64,000 bases of DNA from Candidatus Anstonellaceae archaeon (GCA_038887295.1 JAWAKW010000001.1:11967-75966), one strand, 5' to 3'; shown: positions 45,810 through 54,921, counted from the stretch's first letter. Translations and numbers: made by a program. Notes: generated from the letters alone by a model not told the origin.

Positions 45810-46610
45810 CTATGCCTGCTTCAAAATTGATTTTATTGCAGAAAACAACCCCTTTCTGATTTCAAACGTCTGCGCCTGTGGAAGTTTTGCTATTGCCCTT
45901 GAAACTGCCAGCTTTTTCAGCCCTTCTTCCACCCTGCCAGGCGCAATTTGGTGGTGCTTTGAAAATTCAGCGACTGAGAATTTCCCTTTATGGACTTCTA
46001 TCCACTCCAATATCAGCTCGGAAAGCACCTCGTCAGAAACGCTTTCAAGAGCAAAGATTCTTGCTTGCAAAGCCTCTATTTTGCGCTGCTGCTGAATGGC
46101 AGCTATTGCGTCCTTTTCCCTTTGTTTTTGCAGACTTGCCAGCTTTTCTGAAAGTTCCCTGCAATCATCTTGGCACTGCTTCAGCCTGACTGAAAGAGCG
46201 GCTGCTTCTTGGGGCAAAACCAAGCAAGACTCATAAGCAAAGAGGATGACTGCTGCAATCTCTTTTGAATCCACTTGCAAGCCTTGGAAGAGGGAGAGGA
46301 CCCGAAGTAAAAGAAGGCATGCTTGAAGATGTCTTTGCGGTTGGCTTGCTTTTTCTTGGTATGAGTACCAAAGCTGAAGCTTGCCTTCGGAAATTTTTAT
46401 TCTTGTAAAAAGGACGGGCTTGCCTGTAAAGTCTTTGGCATCCACCCTTGTAAGGTCAATTGAATTTTTGCTGATAGAGGTTTTGTCAAAGCCCAGCTTT
46501 GCAAGCTGCAAGGCAACTTTGTGAAGATTTTTTGGCTTGCCTGTAGTAATTGAAAAATGCGCTACGTTTTGGGCTTTGCCCTGAATGAAATGCCCCAACC
46601 TCATTTTCAT
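45810..46610 (-). CDS. Hypothetical coiled-coil protein with a C-terminal HTH-like segment; partner of the HerA-like ATPase
   Basis: The ORF is 266 aa with a central coiled coil (RELSEKLASLQKQREKDAIAAIQQQRKIEALQARI). The C-terminal FSVAEFSKHHQIAPGRVEEGLKKLAVSRAIAK looks like an HTH. Its 5' end overlaps the 3' end of the ATPase gene by 4 nt. Confidence 0.45.
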   Translation of the reverse strand: MKMRLGHFIQGKAQNVAHFSITTGKPKNLHKVALQLAKLGFDKTSISKNSIDLTRVDAKDFTGKPVLFTRIKISEGKLQLWYSYQEKASQPQRHLQACLLLLRVLSLFQGLQVDSKEIAAVILFAYESCLVLPQEAAALSVRLKQCQDDCRELSEKLASLQKQREKDAIAAIQQQRKIEALQARIFALESVSDEVLSELILEWIEVHKGKFSVAEFSKHHQIAPGRVEEGLKKLAVSRAIAKLPQAQTFEIRKGLFSAIKSILKQA

Positions 46611-48049
46611 CTTTCCTCAAGCACAAGCAGGGCTGGAGCCTGCTGTATCTTCTTTACGGATGAAAAGACTGCTATTATGTCTTTTTCCTCCGCCCCAAGC
46701 TCGCGCAACAAAGACACCAAAAATGGCCGACCATACCCGAATTTTTCAATCAAAAACACAAATTGACTTGCCGAAAGGGAATAGTTGTTGCGGGCAAATT
46801 CTGAAAGCACCAGCTTTGCTTGCCTATCCGTAAGACCGCAAGAAATCAACTTCCTCAAAAGCTCCTCTTTTTCAAACTCCAAATCCATCCCATCCCCCCT
46901 TATGCTAAGCTGAACCAGTGGCTCCTCGCCTTCCACCTTTTCAAGTAAAAATGTGCCGTGCCTTGGCTGGGGCAAGGCAAATTCCATATGGACAAGCGGC
47001 TGCCCCAAAGAAAGAAAATGCGACTGCTTCTCGAAAAAGTCGGAATAAGAAAGTGAGCTTTTCAGATATTCTCGCTCTGCTGCGCTTGTGAGCCTGAAGG
47101 CAAGTACTGTTCCTGCGCACGCAAAAATGCTGCGGTGAATATCTGTTGGGTTTTGAGAGGCTACGATGAGGGAAAAGCCGTATTTCCTTCCTTCTCTTAT
47201 TATCGAAACCACTTCGGACCGGCTATCTGCAGCTATCTTCCATGCCTCATCACACACCACAAAAAGCCGCACAGCGCGCTCCTGAAGGCTTTCGACCCGC
47301 ATACGCTCTTTTATAAACTGCAGGATTGCAAGCCCTGCAAGGCTCCTTAACTCATCTGAAGCTAAGCTATGCAAATCCACACACACCAGGCCCGACGTAA
47401 GCTTGTTGAGGTCGATGGATTGCTCTATGAAAGATTTGCCAGAAGAGAAAATGAGGTTTTTTATCCGAAAGGCAGCTTCCTTACTCTCTTCTGCTCCTTT
47501 GCGCTCCAAAATCCTCTGCACGTCTTTTAAGGTAGGTTTTTTCTTTGAATTATAGGCTTTTTCTATTGCCTCTTGAGTAATCCTTTTTTGCGCAGGGAAA
47601 GAGGAGATATCTGTAATAATTTCAAGCGCTTCCATCACTTGCTTTATGCGCTTTGGGGCAGTAGTGCCCCCTAAATCAAGCAGGTTTATCCCTTCTTTGC
47701 CAAACGAAACTACTTCTCCGCCGGCTGCTTTAACCCAGGAAGAATACTCACCTGCCCAATCCAAAATCAACGCATTTGCGCTAAAAGTCAGCCTAGCTCG
47801 GGTAATGAATGTTTTGACAAAGTAGGATTTGCCTGAACCTGTAATTCCGACTACGCAAATATGCGGGTTGAGGAGCTTTTCTGGGTCCCAAAAAACCGGC
47901 ACGTGGAGGAATTTTGTCTTTCCAATGTAAATGGATTTTGAAGGATTACTTACAAGTGATTGACTGGCTGGTTCTGGAGGGCGGGAGAGCGGGAATCTGG
48001 ATGCTAGTTCGTCAGAAAGTAGCCTTTTGCATACCAAGTTGCCGCACAT
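46607..48049 (-). CDS. HerA/FtsK-like (DUF87) P-loop ATPase with a C-terminal HTH-like extension
   Basis: Walker A is VVGITGSGKSYF, followed by ILDWAGEY, a Walker B-like LFVVCDEAWK and ASQNPTDI. These are the HerA/DUF87 signatures. Confidence 0.7.
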   Translation of the reverse strand: MCGNLVCKRLLSDELASRFPLSRPPEPASQSLVSNPSKSIYIGKTKFLHVPVFWDPEKLLNPHICVVGITGSGKSYFVKTFITRARLTFSANALILDWAGEYSSWVKAAGGEVVSFGKEGINLLDLGGTTAPKRIKQVMEALEIITDISSFPAQKRITQEAIEKAYNSKKKPTLKDVQRILERKGAEESKEAAFRIKNLIFSSGKSFIEQSIDLNKLTSGLVCVDLHSLASDELRSLAGLAILQFIKERMRVESLQERAVRLFVVCDEAWKIAADSRSEVVSIIREGRKYGFSLIVASQNPTDIHRSIFACAGTVLAFRLTSAAEREYLKSSLSYSDFFEKQSHFLSLGQPLVHMEFALPQPRHGTFLLEKVEGEEPLVQLSIRGDGMDLEFEKEELLRKLISCGLTDRQAKLVLSEFARNNYSLSASQFVFLIEKFGYGRPFLVSLLRELGAEEKDIIAVFSSVKKIQQAPALLVLEER

Positions 48050-48931
48050 CTAAAAGCGACCGATAATTTTTGATTTGAGTATGGGAAGGATGTCAATCTT
48101 TGAAGCTTCTGATGCTATGGTATTTGATGCGACTATTTCTTCTGCGCCTGCTTCCTGAAGCTTTGTGTACGCATCCCCAAGGAAAAGGCCGTGCGTGCAG
48201 CCGCAGAACGCGCTTTTTGCTCCTAATGCAATTACTGCGCGCACTGCCTTTATCATAGTCCCGCCACCTGCAATCATATCGTCGAGAATGACCACATTCC
48301 TGTCCTTCACGTCAAAAGAAGTGTCAAGCGCTTCCACAGGTCTAACTGCTTTGTTTTTTGAATTTTTGTAATCGCCGCGCTTTTTGACCATGCTTTTTCC
48401 ACCTATTTCATTCACAAGGTATGCTGCCCCTTGGTCTGGGGTGATAAAAAGCGGGTCCTGGACTTTTGCCTTGAAGTAATTGATGAGCTCTTCTGATAAT
48501 GAAAAGTTGCGTATCCTAAGCCCTCCATAAACTGTTTCTCCTGGCTTTTTGATGAAGTGGCAGTCGAAAGTTGCAAGGGAAGCAAAGCCTGCGTCTGAAA
48601 GCAGCTCGCAGACCGCTTCGGCAGAAAGCACTTCTCCTTCCTTCCATATTTTGTCCTGCCTTGCATAAGGAAGATAGGGGACTATTGCCTCCACCCTTGC
48701 TGCGATTTTTGAAAGTGTTTTTCCAATCAACATAAGTTGAAGAAGTGAAGTGTCCTGCTTTGGGTAGCAGCGATGAAGAACCTGCACTTCTGCGCCTTTG
48801 TAGGAATCCAAATCATGTATGAATATGTGGCTTTCTTTGTCTGGGAAGCTTTTCAGCTCTATGTTTGCTTTGAACAAATATGAGCAGTTTTGGCTGACAA
48901 GCAATCTGACTGGGCTTGCAGAGGCGACCAT
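48050..48931 (-). CDS. prs: Ribose-phosphate pyrophosphokinase
   Basis: A PRPP-binding loop (VILDDMIAGGGT) and Prs N-terminal domain blocks are present. Confidence 0.9.
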   Translation of the reverse strand: MVASASPVRLLVSQNCSYLFKANIELKSFPDKESHIFIHDLDSYKGAEVQVLHRCYPKQDTSLLQLMLIGKTLSKIAARVEAIVPYLPYARQDKIWKEGEVLSAEAVCELLSDAGFASLATFDCHFIKKPGETVYGGLRIRNFSLSEELINYFKAKVQDPLFITPDQGAAYLVNEIGGKSMVKKRGDYKNSKNKAVRPVEALDTSFDVKDRNVVILDDMIAGGGTMIKAVRAVIALGAKSAFCGCTHGLFLGDAYTKLQEAGAEEIVASNTIASEASKIDILPILKSKIIGRF

Positions 48932-48965
48932 GAAATTATTTGGGAAGGAAATTTAAAACCACTCG

Positions 48966-49442
48966 CTATCCAAACAGCCTGCTAAAGACTGCAAAAATTG
49001 ACGGCTTGCTTGCCTTCCAATCTCCTCTTTTTGAGCAGACGGCGCATATTGTAAGCCCACTTGGCAGCACCTTGAACTTGTCCGTTTTTGCATTGCAAAA
49101 AGAGCAGAAGACTTGACTTTTAGTCCGTATTGCGCAGTCTGTGTGGGCTATTGATGCATCTGCGAGGCGAAGTTGCTTTTGGAAGCTCTCTATTTTTTGC
49201 CCGCAAATTCTGCAGAAAGGAAGGCGTTCCTTGCGCTCGATTTCTCCTGCACAGAAGCTGCAAAAAAGAGAGCCTCCCTTCCTTTTTGCCTCATCTACAC
49301 GCAAGCGCGTCCCGCACTTTGAGCAAAATGCAGTACTTTCTGCCCCTTTGCGGACATAGCAAGGAATGCAAAGCATGCCCCGTGGGTAATATGCTGAATC
49401 AAACTCATCTACCAGCGCTCCGCAGGTGAGGCAGTGTGGCAT
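48966..49442 (-). CDS. Multi-zinc-ribbon protein of unknown function
   Basis: At least five CxxC pairs (CLTCG, CIPC, CSKCG, CSFCAG, CRICG, CSFCN, CAVCS) occur in about 160 aa. Confidence 0.5.
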   Translation of the reverse strand: MPHCLTCGALVDEFDSAYYPRGMLCIPCYVRKGAESTAFCSKCGTRLRVDEAKRKGGSLFCSFCAGEIERKERLPFCRICGQKIESFQKQLRLADASIAHTDCAIRTKSQVFCSFCNAKTDKFKVLPSGLTICAVCSKRGDWKASKPSIFAVFSRLFG

Positions 49443-49452
49443 AAAACCTACG

Positions 49453-49953
49453 CTAAAAGTTATAAGTGGAGATTTTGTAAAATTTAAGGCTGTCCGGCGT
49501 ACCGCAAGCCACAATCAAGTCCAGCCTTGCAAGGTGTGCTACCTTCACTTCCTCTTCCAAGGATTTGAGTGAAGGCGCCTTTCCAGGCAAAAGACATACA
49601 AGGTGGGAGGGCCGCTCTTCCTCTCTACCTATTCCTGGCGCATATGCCCGAAGGTATTTGATCCCTTTCGAGAAGAGGCGGACTTGCCTGCCTGTTGCGC
49701 GTATGTGACAATAAACCGCAAATGCAAACCCAAAGAGCTTGTCTTTCTTTGACTGCGAACGCATAAACTGCTGAAGCGAACTTTTTTGGATGGAAGATTT
49801 GCCTTTACTTACCAAATAAGCCACTTCCAAAGGGTGGAAAAGGACGCTGCCTTCTTGCTCTATTCCGAATCCTGCTTCTTGGAATTGCTGCTGGAGGGCA
49901 GGGTCCTGTTCGACAAAAAGGTTTGTTTTTTTGTATTTGCAAAACATCTTCAC
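49453..49953 (-). CDS. Single-unit EndA-like tRNA-splicing endonuclease subunit (alpha-like; catalytic Lys apparently substituted)
   Basis: Alignment by eye with the M. jannaschii EndA catalytic blocks: LEVAYLVSKG, FAVYCHIRATGRQVRLFSKGIKYLRAYAPG, PSHLVCLL, VAHLARLDLIVA and KFYKISTYNF. Tyr and His are present; the Lys of AHSV(R/K)KK is replaced. Confidence 0.65.
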   Translation of the reverse strand: MKMFCKYKKTNLFVEQDPALQQQFQEAGFGIEQEGSVLFHPLEVAYLVSKGKSSIQKSSLQQFMRSQSKKDKLFGFAFAVYCHIRATGRQVRLFSKGIKYLRAYAPGIGREEERPSHLVCLLPGKAPSLKSLEEEVKVAHLARLDLIVACGTPDSLKFYKISTYNF

Positions 49954-51101
49954 ACCTGCTTTTTCAGAAAATCAATTTCGTCCTCCTCAAACCTAAATGA
50001 GGGCGGCAGCTTACCTTTTTTTGCAAGTAGCCCGAAGAGCCCAAGGTAACTTTGGGCGCCTGTAATAGAGCAGTGGGTGGCTGCAGCTATTTTGCGCAGA
50101 ACGGCCGCCCTTGTGGAGCGCAAGGATTTGCTTGATCCCATTTGCTTCAAAAAAGATGGAAACTCAAGCTTGGGGTAGCCAAGTTTGAAGGTTTTTGCAA
50201 CAGCAACGCCAGCACTCATCAAATCGGTGGAGTAGCGTAAGTGGCCGTGGTATTGTGCCCTGCTTATTCTTCCGTCAAAAACATCTGCACGGGAAAGGGA
50301 GTCGTAGGCGTCTGCAATTTCAAAGGGCTTGGAATAGCAGTTTGAAATATTATGCGCTATCCAAAGTTTCAGTGTGTCATGGTCAACATCTGAGAAGAAG
50401 GCTGCCTTTCTTGCCTCACTATAGGTGTTGGAGGAGAAAATCGAGGAGAGTGTGTCAAAAATGCTTTTTTGCACATCCCGTACAGAAGAGGTGTTTCCTG
50501 CCTGCAAATCATTTATGGCTGCTCGCACATCCCCCCCGCAAGAGGAGGTAATTTGCAAAATCTGCTGTGGGGAAAGCTGCGGATGCTGTTGCTTTGCAAT
50601 TGCAGAAAGAAGTTTTGCGATGGTTGCTGCAGGTATTCTCCGCAGCTGTATTGGTTGGCAGTGCTGCCTGATTGATTGGAGCTTTCGGTCATAGAAATCC
50701 AGCGCAGTCAGAATAATCGGCTGGCGGGCTTCTGAAAGAAGGGAGGAAATTGCTCCTGCGCCCCCTCGGTCATTTGTGCCGGAAAGCGCATCCACATCAT
50801 CAATAAGCAGTAGGCGAAAGCTGCTGAAAAGCGAACCTGACTGCGAAGCGTTTTTGAGGATGTGGTTGACGGTTTCCTCGTCTCTCAAATCAGAGGAATT
50901 GAATTCAAAAAGCTCCCATCCAAATTCGTTTGCAACCGCATAAGCTATTGCGGTTTTTCCCGTGCCTGGCGGGCCCCAAATCAACAAGGGCTTTTGCGGC
51001 TTTCCGCTTTGCCACCCTTCTGCCCACTGGCGCACTTGTGCAACTGCTGAAGAGTTTCCTATAATTTCAGATAGCTTGGAGGGTTTGTGAAGCGAAATCA
51101 T
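49950..51101 (-). CDS. rfcL: Replication factor C large subunit
   Basis: An AAA+ clamp-loader with LLIWGPPGTGKT, LLIDDVDAL and sensor motifs. It is about 384 aa from the internal Met; a cat codon at 51099-51101 was verified. Confidence 0.85.
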   Translation of the reverse strand: MISLHKPSKLSEIIGNSSAVAQVRQWAEGWQSGKPQKPLLIWGPPGTGKTAIAYAVANEFGWELFEFNSSDLRDEETVNHILKNASQSGSLFSSFRLLLIDDVDALSGTNDRGGAGAISSLLSEARQPIILTALDFYDRKLQSIRQHCQPIQLRRIPAATIAKLLSAIAKQQHPQLSPQQILQITSSCGGDVRAAINDLQAGNTSSVRDVQKSIFDTLSSIFSSNTYSEARKAAFFSDVDHDTLKLWIAHNISNCYSKPFEIADAYDSLSRADVFDGRISRAQYHGHLRYSTDLMSAGVAVAKTFKLGYPKLEFPSFLKQMGSSKSLRSTRAAVLRKIAAATHCSITGAQSYLGLFGLLAKKGKLPPSFRFEEDEIDFLKKQV

Positions 51102-51155
51102 CAGATGAAATAAGGAAGGATAATTTAATAGCTGCGCTGCTTTAACAAAAGGGGA

Positions 51156-52304
51156 TTGTGGATGTTGATTGGGGTGGTTGGTGCCCCGAACAAGGGCAAA
51201 AGCACTTTTTTTTCTGCTGCAACTGCACTTGATGTGCCTATTGCAAATTATCCATTCACCACTATAAACCCAAATAAAGGGGTGACTTATATTCGTGCAG
51301 AATGCCCGCACCAGCTGCTTGGGGTTTCCGGATGCAGAAGATGTGATGATGGGGTTCGGCTTGTCCCTGTAAACATAATAGATGTAGCTGGGTTGGTGCC
51401 TGGGGCTCATGAAGGAAAGGGATTGGGCAACCAGTTTTTGGACAATTTGCGCCAGGCAGACGTACTTATACAGGTGGTGGACGGCAGCGGGATGACGGAT
51501 TTGCAAGGAAACCAAGCTTCTGGGCAGGATCCTCTTGAAGAAGTTTTGTTTCTTCAAGATGAAATTGCTTGGTGGGTTTTGGGGATATTAAAGAGGCAAG
51601 GGAAGCCACATATGACACCTCAGGATGCCGCAAAGGTTTTGAGCGGGTTGAAAATAAGTGAGGGTATGCTTTTTGAGGCTGCAAGGCAGTGTGGTTTGGA
51701 TATTTCTGACGGTATGCCTGAGGGAGAGGACGCATTTAGACTTGCAAAAGTGCTTGTGTCAATCAGGATGCCTGTAGTGGTGGCATTCAACAAGATGGAT
51801 TTGCCGCAGGCAAGGCAGAACTACAAAAAGGCGTCTGCAGCCTTGAAAGAAATTTTCCCTTGCTGTGCTGCGGCTGAGCTTGCACTGAGGAAAGCAGCAA
51901 AAGGCGGCTTGATAAAATATTTACCAGGGGATTGCAGCTTTGAGGTTGTGGGGGCGCCTGATGAAAGGCAAAAAGAGGCATTGACACAGCTTTCTTTGAT
52001 GATTAAAGAATTGGGAAACACGGGTGTACAACAGATAATAGAATATGTGGTAAGAAAAAAGCTCAAAGGGATTGTGGTTTATCCTGTGGAGGACGAGCAC
52101 AAGTGCACCAACCACAAAGAAGAAGTTTTGCCTGATGCTTTGTTGGTCCCTGAAGGGACCACTACCTTACAGCTTGCAGAGCTGATACACACCGAGCTTG
52201 CCTCGAAATTCATCTGTGCAATAGATGTGAAAAGGAAGGTTCGCGTTGGGGCAGAGCATAAGCTTAAGGATGGAGATGTAATAAAGGTGGTTTCTGGAAG
52301 ATGA
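51156..52304 (+). CDS. Obg-fold GTPase of the Ygr210/YchF-like family with a C-terminal TGS-like domain
   Basis: The G1 motif is GVVGAPNKGKSTFF, followed by the NYPFTTINPN switch, NKMD and a C-terminal GDVIKVV. Confidence 0.75.
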   Translation: MWMLIGVVGAPNKGKSTFFSAATALDVPIANYPFTTINPNKGVTYIRAECPHQLLGVSGCRRCDDGVRLVPVNIIDVAGLVPGAHEGKGLGNQFLDNLRQADVLIQVVDGSGMTDLQGNQASGQDPLEEVLFLQDEIAWWVLGILKRQGKPHMTPQDAAKVLSGLKISEGMLFEAARQCGLDISDGMPEGEDAFRLAKVLVSIRMPVVVAFNKMDLPQARQNYKKASAALKEIFPCCAAAELALRKAAKGGLIKYLPGDCSFEVVGAPDERQKEALTQLSLMIKELGNTGVQQIIEYVVRKKLKGIVVYPVEDEHKCTNHKEEVLPDALLVPEGTTTLQLAELIHTELASKFICAIDVKRKVRVGAEHKLKDGDVIKVVSGR

Positions 52305-53764
52305 ATTGGTTAAAAGCTTATAGGAAGAAAGAGGACAAAGGTGGTAAGATGAATAGGCTTTTGGAAGCTGCTGCTCTTTTTGCTATTGCTGCGTTAGTGC
52401 TAATTTATTTTACATCCCAGCAGGCTGCCTCAAAGCCACAATCCACTGCTGAAGAGCTTTTCATAAACGCGCTTCAAAAGGACTTGGAGCTGGAAAACTC
52501 GTATTTGAGATATATAGATATTGAAAACAAAGTTAGAAAGAGCTACACTGTGCTTAAAGGAAGTAATGTAAGTTGGGTGAAGGAAGAGGGGGAGTATGGA
52601 GCTCTTGAGGCTTTCTTTAGCAACAACAGCAGTGTGCTTTGTCTTACTTACATGCAAAACAGAAAATGCACTGATGAGTTTGACAGCAACACTCAGCAGT
52701 TGTTGAGGTATCTTTCTACAAGGCTGCCGGAAAAGCAAGCTGCTCAGCAAAACATACAACTCACAAAGAAGCTCATTGAGGTGGGCGCGATCAAATTTTC
52801 AAATGAAATTGATTTAGAGAAGGTTGGGAAGTTTGAAGCGCAAAAAATAAAATACAACTTAGATTACCGCCACCTTACTGTACAAAACCTGACTGCTATT
52901 GGGATATCTCCCAATGACCCAAGAATATATAGTGTTGTTGATTGGGAGGTGTTAAGCTGGATTGATAAAAAAAGCGGGAGACTGGTAAAAAGCCAGACAA
53001 GATACAACCAAAACGGACTGATTTACTCTTTTGTGAGGGAGTTTGAGGAGATTGAAGTACCCACCAGCAGGGTAGTTGAAAAGCCGACTGAGGTAGTAGG
53101 CAAAGAGCAATTTGCTGTGTTTTATACTGCTGCAGAGGAAGACTATTCTGCAAAGCAAACCTGCTTGGTGCTGCAAGAACAAGAAAGATGGGGTTGTTTG
53201 AAGGGGCTGGCTGTAGAGAAGAAGTCTGAGGAGATTTGTAATTTGATTGGGCATACGCAAGAAAGGGAGAGGTGTTTTTTGATTTTGGCCCAACTTACAA
53301 GAAATGAGGAGATTTGCGCCCGTTTGCAAGAGTTTGGAGATGATTGTTATATTGCAGTTGTAAGTGAAATAGGAAAAAAGGAGCTTTGCAGCATGCTGAA
53401 AAACCAAGATTTGACTGAGGTGTGCCAGCGCGCTGTTTTGATTGGGGAGAGAAAAGAGGCTGAAAGGAAGGCGGAAGAAGAGCAGCGGCTTGCTGGAAGG
53501 AATTGCCAAACCGATCAGGACTGCTATGTTGCAGGCAACCAGAACCAGTATTGCGTGCCTTTGAGCAATAAAGGCCCTTTTGTAAATGAAACCTCCCCAC
53601 TGTTTGATTGCTTGAAGGGAGTAGCGTGTGGTTGTGTGGAGGGATATTGCGCATTCAAGAAGGATCAGAAATATTACGAATGCGTGAACCGAGTGGAAGA
53701 TGAGATGATAAAGGAGATGATAAGCAGCTTCATAAAAAACCAAAGTGAAAAACAGAGTGGGTAG
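52301..53764 (+). CDS. Membrane-anchored or secreted Cys-repeat protein with a knottin-like C-terminal module
   Basis: An N-terminal TM helix or signal is followed by six or more roughly 20-aa helical repeats, each with one Cys (EEICNLI, ERCFLIL, EEICARL, DDCYIAV, KELCSML, TEVCQRA). A dense Cys module follows (NCQTDQDCY...CGCVEGYC). Confidence 0.5.
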   Translation: MNWLKAYRKKEDKGGKMNRLLEAAALFAIAALVLIYFTSQQAASKPQSTAEELFINALQKDLELENSYLRYIDIENKVRKSYTVLKGSNVSWVKEEGEYGALEAFFSNNSSVLCLTYMQNRKCTDEFDSNTQQLLRYLSTRLPEKQAAQQNIQLTKKLIEVGAIKFSNEIDLEKVGKFEAQKIKYNLDYRHLTVQNLTAIGISPNDPRIYSVVDWEVLSWIDKKSGRLVKSQTRYNQNGLIYSFVREFEEIEVPTSRVVEKPTEVVGKEQFAVFYTAAEEDYSAKQTCLVLQEQERWGCLKGLAVEKKSEEICNLIGHTQERERCFLILAQLTRNEEICARLQEFGDDCYIAVVSEIGKKELCSMLKNQDLTEVCQRAVLIGERKEAERKAEEEQRLAGRNCQTDQDCYVAGNQNQYCVPLSNKGPFVNETSPLFDCLKGVACGCVEGYCAFKKDQKYYECVNRVEDEMIKEMISSFIKNQSEKQSG

Positions 53765-53852
53765 CGGGCCTAGTGGGATTCGAACCCACGACACGTGGAT
53801 TGCTCTGCGGGGCTTAAGAGTCCACCGCTCTACCAAGCTGAGCTATAGGCCC
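53765..53852 (-). tRNA. tRNA-Lys(CUU) with a 14-nt intron at the canonical 37/38 position
   Basis: The reverse complement is GGGCCTA-TA-GCTC-AGCTTGGTA-GAGC-G-GTGGA-CTCTTA|AGCCCCGCAGAGCA|A-TCCAC-GTGTC-GTGGG-TTCGAAT-CCCAC-TAGGCCC-G. Positions 32-35 (CTCT) pair with intron AGAG, giving a canonical bulge-helix-bulge. The intron lies at 53801-53814. Confidence 0.85.
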
Positions 53853-53900
53853 GTTTGCATATGGAAAGAAGTATATAAAAGTTTTTAGAGTGGCGGGGTT

Positions 53901-54890
53901 ATGGAAGAGATTGAAAAAAGGATTGCAGACCTGACTGCTCCAGTCTCAGAAAGGATTCGTGAAGTTTTCTCAAAAAACAAGAAGCCGTTTGAGGTATACG
54001 GCCTTCTTTCTGAATTTCTACTTGTAAAAGGTAAAATGCTTCGGCCCGCCCTCTGCCTTGCCGCGTGCATGGCAACACACGGCAAAGTAACCAAAGACGC
54101 CATTCATGCTGCCGCAGCTGTTGAAATGTTCCACAACTTCACTTTGATACATGACGATATTGAAGATGCTTCGCTTCTTAGACGCGGCATGCCATGCATG
54201 CATATAAAGTACGGGGTTCCGCTTGCCTTGAATGCAGGAGATGGGCTGTTCATGTTGGTTTGGCGGGAAACGATGGAAATAAAGAAGAACAAGGAACTTG
54301 CGCAAAAGAGGCTTTTGGATGCTTTCACAGGTGTGTTGGAGGGGCAAGCAATTGAGCTTGGTTGGTATTGGAAAAACAAGTGGGAGGTTGGAAGGGAGGA
54401 TTATTTTGATGTAGTTCAGGGAAAGACGGGTTGTTTGATTGCTGGTGCTTGTGAAGTAGGAGGGATTGTGGGAGGTGCAAGTAAAGCGCAGCAAAAGGCA
54501 CTTTATGATTTTGGTATGGGAATAGGTGTTGGGTTTCAGATAATGGATGACGTACTAAATATTATTGGAGAGGAGAAAAAGTATGGAAAAGAAATTGGTG
54601 GGGACATTGTGGAGGGAAAGCGAACACTTATTGTGGTGCGCGCCTTAGAACTTTTGGGGCAAAGTAAAAAAGAGGAGCTGCTTTCAATATTGAAAAAGAA
54701 AGAGAAAACCAAACAAGAAGTTGAACGTGCAATTTTGTTGTTGAAAGAGTCTGGGGGAGTAAATGAAGCGATTAAAGAGGCAGAAAGAAGGGTAAGGGAA
54801 GGGATTGGGAAGTTGGATTTGTTGAAAGAAAATGAAGGGAAGAGGTTGTTAGTTCAGATTGCAGATTATATAACGAAGCGGCAGCGGTAG
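53901..54890 (+). CDS. idsA: Geranylgeranyl diphosphate synthase (short-chain trans-prenyltransferase)
   Basis: FARM (HDDIEDAS) and SARM (MDDVLN) Asp-rich motifs are present. Confidence 0.85.
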   Translation: MEEIEKRIADLTAPVSERIREVFSKNKKPFEVYGLLSEFLLVKGKMLRPALCLAACMATHGKVTKDAIHAAAAVEMFHNFTLIHDDIEDASLLRRGMPCMHIKYGVPLALNAGDGLFMLVWRETMEIKKNKELAQKRLLDAFTGVLEGQAIELGWYWKNKWEVGREDYFDVVQGKTGCLIAGACEVGGIVGGASKAQQKALYDFGMGIGVGFQIMDDVLNIIGEEKKYGKEIGGDIVEGKRTLIVVRALELLGQSKKEELLSILKKKEKTKQEVERAILLLKESGGVNEAIKEAERRVREGIGKLDLLKENEGKRLLVQIADYITKRQR

Positions 54891-54921
54891 GTAAGTTTTT
54901 TAAACTAAAACCGAGATTAGA

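Noticed and set aside
49950-51557. Long N-terminal extensions on ORF-track entries: rfcL 535 aa, pgk 491 aa, endA 480 aa, dph5 287 aa, kae1 349 aa, mscL 127 aa, DEAD 458 aa
   Set aside because: The extensions have no similarity to the respective families and overlap upstream genes. Internal Met codons matching the ortholog N-termini were used instead, and each cat start codon was verified in the sequence.
51156-52304. Calling the 382-aa GTPase a second DRG
   Set aside because: A canonical DRG is present at 59640-60728. This protein has the Ygr210/YchF-like N-terminal pattern (GVVGAPNKGKSTFF...NYPFTTI) instead.
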